A DNA stretch of 63,972 nt, filler included, from Olpidium bornovanus S191 (taxonomy: Eukaryota; Fungi; Olpidiomycota): the NCBI GenBank assembly GCA_017911155.1. It is 25 parts of 25 records of this genome, joined end to end, with 100 filler letters (N's around TTAATTAATTAA, not from the genome) between each part and the next. Parts side by side here need not be neighbours in the genome. Positions count along the whole stretch, not along the records: positions 52,584 to 54,528 come from JAEFCI010012640.1; positions 54,629 to 57,439 come from JAEFCI010004741.1; positions 57,540 to 61,385 come from JAEFCI010008935.1; positions 61,486 to 62,703 come from JAEFCI010008278.1; positions 62,804 to 63,972 come from JAEFCI010002335.1; 20 more parts are not named here. The stretch is one strand, 5' to 3'. The translations under genes were made by a program, and so were the position numbers. The notes below the pieces were generated by a model. The model ran no database searches and was not told the DNA's origin. It worked only from the letters and a program-made list of their open reading frames with translations. Positions within the stretch are counted from its first letter, which is position 1. Every line of letters begins with the position of its first letter. Of this stretch, positions 52,750-63,972 are shown piece by piece.

Positions 52750-54422
52750 AATCAGGTCATTAACTTTCTTGGACTGCTCCAGCTGGGCCTGCGCAGCGCG
52801 AAGACGATCTCCGCGTTCTTTGGAAAGCTCGAGGACCTTGTCCACGAGCGCGCGGAGGAGGCCGGGTTCGTCCGCGAGCGAGGCCGCGGGGGCGGCTTCC
52901 TTGAGCGAAGGGCCGGGCGGCGGCGGCTGCGTCGCGGCGCCGCCGACGGGCTGGTCGGCCAGGAAGGCCCGAAGGTCCGCCCGGATGCCAGCCAGCGCCG
53001 CGGACAGCCCTTCCTCGACCCCCCTGCGGTGGATGTCCAGCGCCGCCGCCGCGCTCTCGTACAGGTGCTTCAGCGCCGCGAGCTCCGCCTCGTGGCGGGC
53101 GCGGCCGGCGGCCTCGGCGCTCCGGCGCGCAGCCTCCGACTCGGCCCTCTCCCGCTCCGCCCGGGCCCTCAGCGCCCCGGCCTCCTCCTCCAGGCGCCGC
53201 GCGCGCTCCTCGGCGGCCCGCGCGCGCTCCTCGGCGTCCTCCCGGCCGGCCGCAATCTCCCGCGCCTGCTCCTCGGTCGCCAGGCGGATCCCGATGTGCC
53301 GGTTAAACAGCGTCGCCACGAACCCGAGGTTGAGCCGCGCCCGGCCGAGCGTGATGTCCCGCGCGGTGGCGAACCTCCGCGCGCCGAGCCGCCCCGCGTG
53401 CTCGAGCACGAGCCGCGCCCGACCCTCCGCGTCCGCCCGCGGGAGCCGGTCCGCGCGGTCGAGCAGGTCGCACGGGACGCGGTCGGGCGTGATCTGCCGG
53501 AGGAGGGCGATGTAGCACTCGCCGTCCGCGAGATCCTTCCCGAAATTGGCGACGGCCCGCCGCGAGCGCGCCCTCTGCAGGTGGAAGTTGATCCACCGGA
53601 GGAGAATCTGCTCCTCGCTCAACTTCAGCATGTCTTTCAGGTTTTCTTTCTCCGGATCCATCAACCGGATCAATTCCGGATGGCTGCCTGTTCGGCGTTT
53701 TATAATAAGGAAAAAAAAAAAAAAAAAAAATAAGAAAAAGCGCAGGGCCACCGCACTGGGGCGAATCATACCTGCGGACCGGAAACGGCGAGGCGGCGCG
53801 CGCAGAAAGCCACGAACCTAGATTCACTTCGCTGAATAGGTGAGCTCGGACGAGCTGCCAAACCAGTCCGAGAACCAGGTCCGCTTTCTTGCCCAGGATA
53901 TCCTCCGCGCCGACGTTCACGACAACGACGTTGTTTAGTTTCTTGATGCCCTCCACGCAAAGGTTGAGGTTTGCCATGACCTCGAAGTAGTCCTTCGTCC
54001 CTCGGGGGTGCAGCCGGCTGACGTTCACGTCCGTCTTCAGCTTCGAGATTTCTATCGTCCCCGGCTGGACCGCATTGGCGAGGTGGGACAACAGAACGCC
54101 TGAGAGGAAAAAACCGTCCCCACCCCCATGAGGAGTAAACGCTCCTGCACAGCTACCCGCTTTCTCCTATCTTCCCCCCCCCCCCACCACCCCCTCACTC
54201 TCAAAATGCTCGCCACGCGGCGGGATAATCGAATTTACCATCGCGAAGGGATTCAAGGAGAACTTCGGGCAATTCGGGGTTTTCCGGAAACGGGAGATAC
54301 TTGGGTTTAAGCGATTCGTTGTTATCCAGGAGGTTTGCGATGTGTTCCATGTAAGCGGCGGTCTCGGAAGCCACTGCCTCCTCTGTCGACGACGTCCCGT
54401 TGGCCCACATGGGTCCCGACAT
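52750..54422 (-). CDS. Fimbrin/plastin-type CH1-CH2 actin-binding domain fused to a coiled coil (3' partial)
   Basis: Exons 54422-54239, 54099-53818 and 53687-about 52750. Motifs LRDGVLLSHLANAVQPGTI, NLNLCVEGIK, VVNVGAEDI, LVLGLVWQLVR, HPELIRL, EQILLRWINFHL, NFGKDLADGECY, LNLGFVATLFN. Confidence 0.9.
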
Positions 54423-54650
54423 CACGATCCGCGTTTTTTTCTGATTTTTTTTTTTGGGGGGGGGATCTGTCGGATGTCGGGCCCAAAGGCGGAGAAGAGA
54501 GGAAGAGAGTAAAGCCTTTCAGTTGCGANNNNNNNNNNNNNNNNNNNNNNNNNNNNNNNNNNNNNNNNNNNNTTAATTAATTAANNNNNNNNNNNNNNNN
54601 NNNNNNNNNNNNNNNNNNNNNNNNNNNNCACCGTCGTCGCCGTCGCCGTC

Positions 54651-54683
<33 letters not shown>

Positions 54684-57539
54684 TCTCTCTCTCTCGCACT
54701 CTGGTCTTCTTCTTTTTCCCCCTTCTCGGCGCTTTTTTTTTTTTTTTTTCGTCTCCGTTTTTTTTTTTTTTTTTTTTTTTTTCCCCCCCCCCCCCCCCCG
54801 TTTTTCCCCCCCGGGGGAAACATTCCTTTTTTTTTTTTTTTTTTTTTTTTTTTCTGGAGGGTGCGAACGGGCGCGGTTCCGGGGGTCGCGTCGGGATCTC
54901 CGATTTACGCCCGGGCCTTCTCGCGGGCGCGGCTCTGGGTGAGGAAGGGGGAACGGTGGTGGAGGGGCTGCGGTGCGCGCGCGCGCTAATCTGGCGGCCT
55001 TCCTCCCGCCTTTCTCCCTCTCCCCCGCGCGCGCGCGCGCGCGCCCCGCCCCCGCCCTGCCCGCCCCCCGGCCCCCCCCCTCTCCACTGCCCCCGCATCC
55101 CCCGCCCCGGCCGACCTTTGGCTGCCGCACCGGGCGCGCGGTATATGCCCCCCGCGCTCTCCCTCCCATTCACCACGCTCACAAAGTAACTTCTGCATCA
55201 AGGCGTAAATCCGGGGGGGGGGGGTGGAAAACAAAAACAAAACAAATTGAACCAAAACCAAACATAAAACAGAAACACTAAGATGAAGAAAAAAAAAACA
55301 AATGGAGAAAAAGAAAAAATAGAAAACAGAAAAAGACAACGGAGCGCGACGTGCTGCTCGAGGCGTGCTTGAAAACTTAAAGCCTGCCCCGCGAGCCGCC
55401 GAGCGGTTGCCCAGGAAGAACCACGTGGAGGCGTTTGACAGGCTTCCCCTTCTTTTCTTATGCCGGGAGAAATAGTCCTTGAAAGTCCCATGCTGGCCCA
55501 TGAGACATCGAACGCGTCGCAAGAGTCCTGCACACAAGTAAGGACGCAGCACACTGGTCCCTAACAACCGATGGCTCGAAAACGATTCTGGGTTCCCATG
55601 TCACCGGCGTCTGCCGCGGATGTCCCAATAAAAATGCCTGCAAAATAATTAGTTTGACGTGGCCCCGCAACGTCCAGTGTATAAAATCGGATAAAATTTA
55701 ATCCAATAGGGCTGGCTATGCAAGCGATAGTGGGCATCAGGGCTCGTAAAGGCGGAGTATAACCGCGCAGTAGCAGTATACCGGGCAAAGTCATCGAAGC
55801 TCTTGTTGGTTAGAATCATGCTTTTTTGTGCGCAAGAAGAAGACGAGCACGGAGCCGTGACGCCAGCGCTTTCTTTAACTGCCTTCATGGCAGCCACGGC
55901 CGCCCCTATGCCCAAGCTACCGTTCTCGCCATGGAGCGTGAGTTTGGGAACACGCCTTTATCCCATGAGCTCGATTGGCGTGTCTTCCACGCGTCTTTTT
56001 TTTTTTAAAAAGTTGGTTCGAGTTTCCTGAGCAGGGCTCCTCGACGCCGATGTCTATTGGACATTCCTCCGCGCAAATATCGACGAAACCGCACATGGCC
56101 GCTGCAGTGATCCGTGCAGCCTGCGCGTGCTGTACCGATCTCGACGATCTCTTGTCTCCCGCTCTCTGTCTTTGAGCGCGGTGCAACTGGTGAGGCCACC
56201 TCCGCCAGGACATCGCGTGTGAAATGTCGAGTTCCTCTGTAGATGTCACACTCGATTTTCCTCATCCCCGAGACGCTGACGGCACTGAAGTCGGCCGGCC
56301 AATCCGGCAAGCATTCTTTTTCTGTCAAAGAGCTTCAGAAAGCACGGCCCGTGCAATCTCGCCGACATGCCTGTTGTCTGGAACCCACATACGAGAACGT
56401 TGAAACCAAACATGAAAGTTGCCGCAAGCAAAATCCTCATTTTGGGCACATGGGGCGTTACCTTCCCGCCGGCAGCCTTTTCGAAGATGAGGTTGTCGGC
56501 ATTGCTCGCGTCGTGACTTCGGTGGGTCGCATGACCTTCCGCTCAAAGTAGGCGCACGGATATGTCAGCATGGCTTTACCGGGATCTTTCAACTGTCACA
56601 GATTATGCGTTCACATGTTCGAAACGACCTCTTCTGTTTCAATGTGCAACTCATTCCGTTTGCTAAAAACTTCGTGGCTGGCGTATAACAGGCTGCGCAG
56701 CAGTTGCTCCCCGTGACTACGCCAACGCCAGCGTTCGGGTGAAAATAAGCGTGCGCGATGGGTGAACCAAATGCGTCGTTGATCACGCGAGCAACTTTGG
56801 CCTTTATTTTATGGCGGTCCAAATGCATCCTGAACGAAAAGGAGGAAACGACTCCCGCGGTGGCAAACTGGGGCTTTCACCCAGCAGTCCACATCTACTC
56901 AGGTAGTCAGCACTGTTCAAACCATAATAATATCCATGTTTTCCTTAGAGGAAAATCAAACCGCGCACTTGCCGTGCATGGTTCGGGGGGGAGCATAGAA
57001 GTGGAGACTGCGACGCCGAGCAACGCGTCGTCCCCCGCAGCGTCCAAACCATGCAGAGACTTGCCTGCTGACTTGGGCGACGGCATTTAAACACGCGACT
57101 GCTGCCTGCGCCAACGCAAGAAAACACGGGAAGCCAGCTGCCGAATCAAACGCCGCCGACGAAACCAACTGTGGCGTACGGCGGCGTTTGAGAGGCCGAC
57201 GACGGCAGCGTGGAAATTTGTCGCCGCGCTCAAAATCTGCTCGGACGCGTTGGGCACGCAATTTTTTTTTTCCGGGGGGGGGGGGGGAGGGGCAGAAGTC
57301 TGTTGGAAAAAGGGGGGAGAACGAGGTGCACTGCGCACATCACGCCCCTGAATTCACCCCTGGAATCCCCTCCATAAAACCGGGTAGACCGGCGGAATAC
57401 AGACGCTCTTCGGAGCTCCTTCGAACCCGAATTCAACAGNNNNNNNNNNNNNNNNNNNNNNNNNNNNNNNNNNNNNNNNNNNNTTAATTAATTAANNNNN
57501 NNNNNNNNNNNNNNNNNNNNNNNNNNNNNNNNNNNNNNN

Positions 57540-58617
57540 CATGCGAGGAGGCGGACCGCGGGCGGCTTAAGATGGTAGGTGTGGGCGGCTCACTTCCTGC
57601 ATCGGGTAGCTGCAGGCTGACGACGAACACGGAAGAGGCCAAAGTAGCCGGGGAGGAGGTTTCGGCGGAAGACGGCGACGACGACGACGGGGACGGACTC
57701 GGAAGATATACCGCGACGGTAGACGCGTCCGTTTCGCCTGTCGGGTCTTGAGACACACTTCCAGGTTCCAGTAGATTGGAAGTCTCCATCGCCTTTGCTC
57801 TCCAGGTTGTCTTCTTTGCCTCCGTTGGCGTACCACGCGAAGTTTGCAATAGTACGCATGACTTCCTTGAAGCCCTCCGCTGCAGCGCTTCCGCGTCGAC
57901 GGACTTCCACCGGAACTGCTGAAGTTGGGCTGGGAGCACGGGCGCAGATAGTTTCCGCTGAGGCAGGCCAGCAGTATTGGATCCCTCACTTAGGACGCCA
58001 GGTTGGCCGCATATATCCGTAACGCCACTGATGGCCGGACACGGCGCAGTCGGATAGTATCCAAAATTTTCGTCAAAAGGGCCGGTTTCGTCGGCTAAGG
58101 ATGTTAAGACAAAACTATGCAGGGGGCGGCATGCGTGATTACCGGCCGTAGAGGACGGTAGACCATGATGATCGGAGAGGAAAGCGCTTGACGCGTTTGG
58201 ATGTCCATGACCCATCGCCGGCAAGGTGGGCGCGAATGATGCGGTCAGCTGCCGGAGCTGCGGCAAGCCGTTCCCAACTACAAGCGGCAGAAAGTTGTCC
58301 CGCAACCCATGGTTTGCCGCTGGCAACGTGAACGAGCGAGGCGGCCACGGAGGGGTGTAGGAATGGCCGGCGAATGTTGGGTGCGCGTCTCCTACGGCCC
58401 CTTGCGCCGGTTGCCAGGCCGAGGGAGCCTCCGGCGAAGCGACCCAACCGACGTCTCCAAGCATTTCGAAAGGACTCTGAGCATTGTCCGGAAATGACGA
58501 GGAAGGCAGCATGCTCGTCGAGAAGGGCCGGAGCGCCGATGACTTTGGCGCGTCAAGGCAGCTCCGCTGTCGCACCTCGGCGTCAGACGGCACCGCCCAC
58601 CCTGCATCCTCGGACAT
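57540..58617 (-). CDS. Hypothetical Ser/Pro-rich disordered protein (3' partial)
   Basis: About 360 open codons to the contig end. No family motif recognised. Confidence 0.5.
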
Positions 58618-60084
58618 CGCGGGAAGAGGCGCTGAACGAACACGTTCGAGGAGGAGCGGTTATCGTTTCAGGCCTCCTAGGGTTTGTTGAGCCGGCCGGG
58701 TTCGGTGACGGGGATGATGATGACGATGATAATGATGATGATGATGATGACGATGATGCGTTTTCGTGTTTGCTTCGCCTGCCTTTGAGCCTCCGCGCCG
58801 AGAGAAAGAACAGCAACCGCCGGGGCTGCCCTGCTCGCCTTCTCCGGAACGGACAGTGGAGATGATGATGATGGCGCGTGTGGCGCGCCCGTTCGCGCAG
58901 GCCCGCGCGTTATCGGGCCACCTAAGAAAGCGATCGTCGGGCGGCCGAGCAAAAAGCGGCGGGCGCTGTTTTCTCCAAAATGCCGCGCGGACAAGTGGGT
59001 CTCCCCTGCGGCCCGGCGGCCCTGGCCCCGCAGATGCGGGCGTCTGTCTCCCTGCGCCCCGCCGGTGGGCGCGTGCGTGGGTGCGCGTGAGAATTTTTTT
59101 TTTCCGAAGTCGGCGGAGGGGTTGGGCGGCCCAGGCACCGCGCGGGAGGGGGCGAGAGAGGGAGGCGGCGGCGGCGGGGCCCCCGCGCTTACATCCCCCT
59201 CCCATCCATCCCCCCTTTTGCTCCCAACATCACCCTCCGTCACCCACCAGCAGCGAGATCAACTCTCGCCCCGCGCACGCCCTCCTCCTCCCCACGCGCG
59301 CAGTTCAGAACGGGACGGACGGATTAATATCTTGTTCTGTTATCCCTGTCGCATGGCATCCGGCGACTTTTTGCAGTATGGTCGGCAGTGACTTGTGCGT
59401 CGAGGATCGGCCGGCGTAATTTGACGTGACCGTAATATAGGTTGACGGCCGTCGAGGCGAGGCTCCCGTCCGCCGCGTTGTAATTGCAGGGCGTCGAGGC
59501 CCTGTCGCGTTTTGCCGAGCCGCTCTTACATCTCGGGATTTGTCGAGTGCTCCTCTTTGGCGACGTGACTTTCCCCGTTTGGGAGGGGCGCCTCCTCGCG
59601 GACGTATCAACCATGGCCCGCCAGCGTATTTTCCGGCGGAATTTGCCCGAGACGCAGATAAATACAAAAGGATCTGGATCTAACGGAGCGCGGGCGATAG
59701 CGCATAAGCAGTCAAAGTGGTGATTTTCCTTAGCTGGCCCGGGCCAAACGGGACCTGTTCTTTCTGTCCGGCGAAAAGCCTCCGCTCGGCACTAACTCGC
59801 AAATCTTCACCGCCCCACCGTGGCACTCCATTTGGCCGACAGTTTTCCGCTGGAGGATGACTCTCTTCCCTCCGCGCCCACTTCTCGCCCCCCGGAAAAG
59901 TCAACGATGTTTTCCTCGTAAGCGGTACACTGAATCCTCCCAGCCTCGATTCACCCGCCCGCCCAGAAACATGGGTACGGATGATCTGCGATTTTCGCCG
60001 TCTTTGTGTGGAAAAGAAGGAAATGCAGAACCCGCTAATTTATGGGGCTCGCAGTTTCAGGTTCGCTGGATACGCGAGTTATGT

Positions 60085-60185
60085 GATTTGCAGATTTGGT
60101 AGGATTTGCAGATGCAGATTCGCAGGATTTGCAATTTATATTCAAGGGATTAGCGGATTCGCGAGATTCGCAGATTTAGGTTCGC
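60085..60185 (+). repeat. Degenerate 9-bp GGATT(C/T)GCA array
   Basis: gatttgcag, ggatttgca, gcagattcgcaggatttgc and gcggattcgcgagattcgcagatttagg. Confidence 0.8.
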
Positions 60186-60943
60186 AACTATTCAAAGGAC
60201 CCAACCGTCATTTTTCTTTGCGGCCTTCATGCAACTGGTGGACCCTGCCTTCCATTGTGCCACCGCCGCTTCGAGCGACAATTGCGGTGGTAACCGCTTG
60301 TTTGCGGATGTTGGACATATGGATTGCGGTGGGTGGACCTGTGGATTGCAGGACGGCACACGTTGTGGGCAAGAACGGTGCGGTCCGGCCCGATGGCAGT
60401 TCCTTCCGGCGATCGCTGGGGTGCTAAGGTCGGCTGCTTTCTATCTCTCTTTCTCTCTCTTCGCTCTACGCCTTGGCGGCAACTCTAAGTTGGGCTCTAA
60501 GCGCGTCGCTCTATTCTCCGAAAAGGGCTTGCCTCGGCGGCAGGTACCTTCTTTTCCGGGGACGTTGCGGTTCACGTAGCGGATAGGACGGCAGGAATCC
60601 GTGTGCGGGCTGGGTTTTACGCGTAGTCTACTATTTTTTACAAGACCCTGCCCCACCACGGCGCGTCATCTGGCCCCCTGCGGCGAAGTCTCCACCGCCC
60701 ATTGGAGTACACACTGCTGCTGCCAGGCACTCTCGACACTCTTCGATAGTTAACGCAAGTCAGAGGAGCGTCTTGGAAGCTCGGAGAATATACTTTCTCT
60801 TCGGAGTGATATGATGATGTTGTTGAGCCTCTGCTTGACCCTGCCCCCTATTCCCAGCGCTCTTCCGCCGTGGATAGAATCCGGTCAGGTTTTACTTCCA
60901 CATTCGCCCTCCCGTTGGCAAGCAGGGAGGTAAAAGCAACAAC

Positions 60944-61385
60944 TGTAACGAGCGAAATACTTAATCTGCGCGTAGCGCTATCTGGAGATTGTATTCGCTG
61001 TTCTGGCTCTGGATCTGGATCTGGATCTAGAGTACGTAAAAGTACAGGATTCTGGAACGGTGGAACGTAGCTCTAAAGATACGTGCTATATGCACTTTAT
61101 ATAGGCGCGGCTGCCATAGCCAGCGCCGTAGCGGGTATGTGCGCAGTACTGCGCGTCCAGGTGCGCACCATCCGGTGCGCAATATCCGTGTGCAATATCT
61201 GGCCCACCATACATGGAGCGCAATATCTAGTATTGCGGCTCCGGCACTGGCATTGGGCTTGGAAATACTACGAGAGCGCGGTGGAAATTCACCGCGGGCT
61301 CGGAAATACTCCGAAGGCCACAGCGTGGTGGAAATTTGCTGACGTTATGGCTCAGGCGCCACCACACTGGTGAGCCCACGCCTGG
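60944..61385. mobile_element. Possible LTR (60944-61366) with adjacent PBS-like sequence (61368-61385)
   Basis: TGTAAC...CCACA termini, an internal TATATA box (61095-61105), repeated short motifs, and TGGTGAGCCC one base after the end. No TSD and no retroelement ORF visible. Confidence 0.35.
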
Positions 61386-61834
61386 NNNNNNNNNNNNNNN
61401 NNNNNNNNNNNNNNNNNNNNNNNNNNNNNTTAATTAATTAANNNNNNNNNNNNNNNNNNNNNNNNNNNNNNNNNNNNNNNNNNNNCCCCGCCTGTAAACG
61501 CCCCGCGCCCCGCCGCCGCCCAGGTTTTGCTTTTTTTTGTTTGGCCCCGACCCCTACCCGCGCTCTCCGACCCTCTCACACGCAAAAATAAAAGAAAGCT
61601 TTTCTGAAAACAAAAGCCCCCCGCGCCTCGGCCCCCCCTTCCCTTCCGTCGTCAAGATCCCCCCCCTCCAGATTCGCCCCTTCCCCCCCCACCCACCTAT
61701 TCTGTTATTTTTCTTGTCCTACTTTTCTTCCCCCAGGTGGGGTTGCTGGGAAGAGGGGCCGGGGAGGCGACGAGGAGCCGCCGGAGCGTCGCGGCGTTTG
61801 GGGTGGCCGTTCGGGTAAAAAGAAGAAAAAATAA

Positions 61835-62703
61835 ATGAGCACGGCCACCGACGTCCGGCCGGCGGAGGCGGCGGGGGGCGATGATATTGAGGGCGCGGCC
61901 GGTCCGCCGCGGGGCGGCGGCGACGACGGACCCGCGCGGTTTCGGCGGCGGCACCAGCAGGGGAGCCGGGGCCGGGGCCGGGGGGGCCCCGATCCCCCTT
62001 CGCCGGGAGGCGGCGGCGGCGGGCCGGGCGCCGCGTCGCCTCCGAAGGAGCCGGCGGGCGGCCGGCGGGCGCCCGACCACGCCGACGGGCCGAAGCACGT
62101 CTCGCTCGACAAGAACTACGCGACGGACTACCGGCCGCACACCACGAACTACAAGGCCGCGACGACCTGCGCCGCAGCCTCCCACCGCTCGTACGTCAGC
62201 TTCAGCCCCACCTGCAACAAGCTGCTGGCCAAGAAGTGGGACGAGCACAACCGCCAGCTCCACCTCCAGAAGCTCCGCCGCACCAAGCCCACCGTCGACA
62301 ACCGCCCGCCCAAGGTCCACAAGCACCTGGAGACGAACGTGCGGAAGATCCAGAACGAAGAAGGTCGTGCCTGTGTATTTGTTTTTTCTTTCTTTACTCT
62401 TTATTTTTTTGTTTTTTTCTCTATCTCTCTTTGATCCTCTCTTTTTTTTTTCTTTCGTTTTGTTTTTTGTCCCATCATTTCTTTTTCATGTTTATTTTTC
62501 GCTTAACGAAGTGTCCCTTTCCAGCCCGCCAGGCCGAGATCGAACGCAAGAACAGCATCCTCGTCGAGAAGATGGCCGACATCATGAAAACCACGGCGAA
62601 CGAATACGATTACAGAAAGAGACTGGAACCGGACCCGGAGTACCTGCAGATGTTGCACATGGCGAGGCGCCAGCGAGACCTGAACATCATCAACAAGCAG
62701 AAC
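61835..62703 (+). CDS. CFAP97D2: CFAP97-domain (KIAA1430/hemingway) ciliary protein, CFAP97D2-like (3' partial)
   Basis: HRSY..PTCNKLLAKKWDEHNRQLHLQKLRRTKPTVDNRPPKVHKHLETNVRKIQNEE/ARQAEIERKNSILVEKMADIMKT. Confidence 0.85.
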
Positions 62704-62803
62704 NNNNNNNNNNNNNNNNNNNNNNNNNNNNNNNNNNNNNNNNNNNNTTAATTAATTAANNNNNNNNNNNNNNNNNNNNNNNNNNNNNNNNNNNNNNNNN
62801 NNN

Positions 62804-62925
62804 AGAAGAAAAAAAGAAGAAAAAAAGAAGAAAAAAAGAAGAAAAAAAGAAGAAAAAAAGAAGAAAAAAAGAAGAAAAAAAGAAGAAAAAAAGAAGAAAA
62901 AAAGAAGAAAAAAAGAAGAAAAAAG
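62804..62925. repeat. 11-bp minisatellite (GAAGAAAAAAA)n in a bystin intron, at the contig start
   Basis: About 11 units. Confidence 0.95.
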
Positions 62926-62999
62926 ACATAAAAGAGAGGAAAGATGTGTAAACGGAAAAAAAAATCGAAAATAACAAAGAGAAAAAAAAATAAACGCAC

Positions 63000-63780
63000 C
63001 TTCGCCTCCCGCTTCCTTGTGGGCATTTATCTTTTGCATTATGACATCGGCAAGGTTTATCCGCTCTCTCGGAGCGGACGGGAGAAACTTTGAGAGGACG
63101 TCCTGGTCGCCTTCCTCGAGTTCCTGGAAACACCGGTGGGGTTGTTTTTTTTTTTTTTTTTTTTTTTTGTTCGGCCGGGCGCGTTAGACAGCCGCTCTAC
63201 GGCATTCTCCTCCCCCCACCTTTTCCACCCTCCCCCATTCCCGGAGCTCTTTCGAACAATCGGGCCCCCAAAAACCGAAGGGCGCGCGCGCTGGCGCGGG
63301 AAACAAAAGAAAAACGCACCAGCTCTTCGACATATTCTCCCTCCTCGGCGTCGGCTCCGTCCCGAACGTCGAGGCCCTCGTCTTCGTCGCTGTCGCAAAG
63401 GTGGGGGCGGCAGCGAGACGCGGAAGCGGGCGCGAGACTGGGGTCCGGACGGCGGCGGCGAGAGGGGGAAACGCTTCGTCGGTTCAGCACGGCGCGCGGC
63501 CGACCCGCGCGGGACGAAAGTAAGAGGCGCCACGCGGAACGCGGTCGGGGGGGGCCGGCGCAAACATTTTTTTTTTTTTTTTTTCATTTTCTTTTTTTTT
63601 CTACCGTTCTTTCTTTCTTCTCGATTCCCCCCCCCCCCCCCCTTCCCCCCCCCCCCCTCCTTCGCCCCTCCGGAAAACTCCCCCGCCGTCGAACTCCTCC
63701 AGCACGTTCTCCTCCTCCTCGTCTTGCTGCTCGCGCACGATCCGCAGGATGTTCCGCGAGATCTTTGGATCGACGAACTG
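63000..63780 (-). CDS. ENP1: Bystin/Enp1 40S biogenesis factor, internal N-terminal exons (partial at both ends)
   Basis: QFVDPKISRNILRIVREQQDEEE, acidic linker ..EEGEYVEEL/, ELEEGDQDVLSKFLPSAPRERINLADVIMQKINAHK. Confidence 0.88.
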
Positions 63781-63916
63781 CTACGGGGAAACGCGCGAGG
63801 CGGGGGGGGGGGGGGGGGGGTGAGCTTGCGGCCTGCCGACCGGGAGGGCGTCGTCGCTCCCTCCTCTCTCGCCACTTTTCCGCCGGGAGAGGGGAGAGGG
63901 ACGGGGTGGTAGAGGG

Positions 63917-63956
<40 letters not shown>

Positions 63957-63972
63957 CCCCCCCCCCGCCGCG

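Noticed and set aside
56040-56105. CGFVDICAEECP as a 4Fe-4S ferredoxin motif
   Set aside because: The Cys spacing does not fit CxxCxxCxxxCP.

Overview
This is not continuous DNA. It is 25 short contigs (about 1-9 kb) of a GC-rich, intron-dense eukaryotic genome, joined by 24 artificial 100-nt linkers (44 N + TTAATTAATTAA + 44 N), so adjacency across linkers carries no biological meaning. Fungal-type genes (Cla4-type PH-CRIB PAK, UreF, tandem-UBC UBE2Z-like E2, Ydj1 with CaaX) occur with flagellar genes (TPGS2, CFAP97D2-like) and genes missing from yeasts (CUL2-like, SYP7-like SNARE). This points to a zoosporic fungus; an Olpidium-like organism is my guess and is not verified. I assembled exons by eye for about 20 spliced genes or gene fragments. 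Most ORFs in the six-frame track are GC-rich shadows or homopolymer artefacts. I found no rRNA, complete tRNA, CRISPR array or intact transposon, and no self-evident multi-gene novel system. The best leads are: (1) a fimbrin-type actin-binding domain fused to a long coiled coil instead of the second actin-binding domain; (2) a 79-aa, three-exon mitochondrial microprotein; (3) a RING protein with SIM-like motifs (possible SUMO-targeted ligase); (4) a dispersed 9-bp GGATTCGC-type repeat family and a related hairpin array; (5) a SYP7-like SNARE; (6) strong enrichment of CATG at contig ends, probably technical. All homology calls come from recalled family motifs, not database searches.
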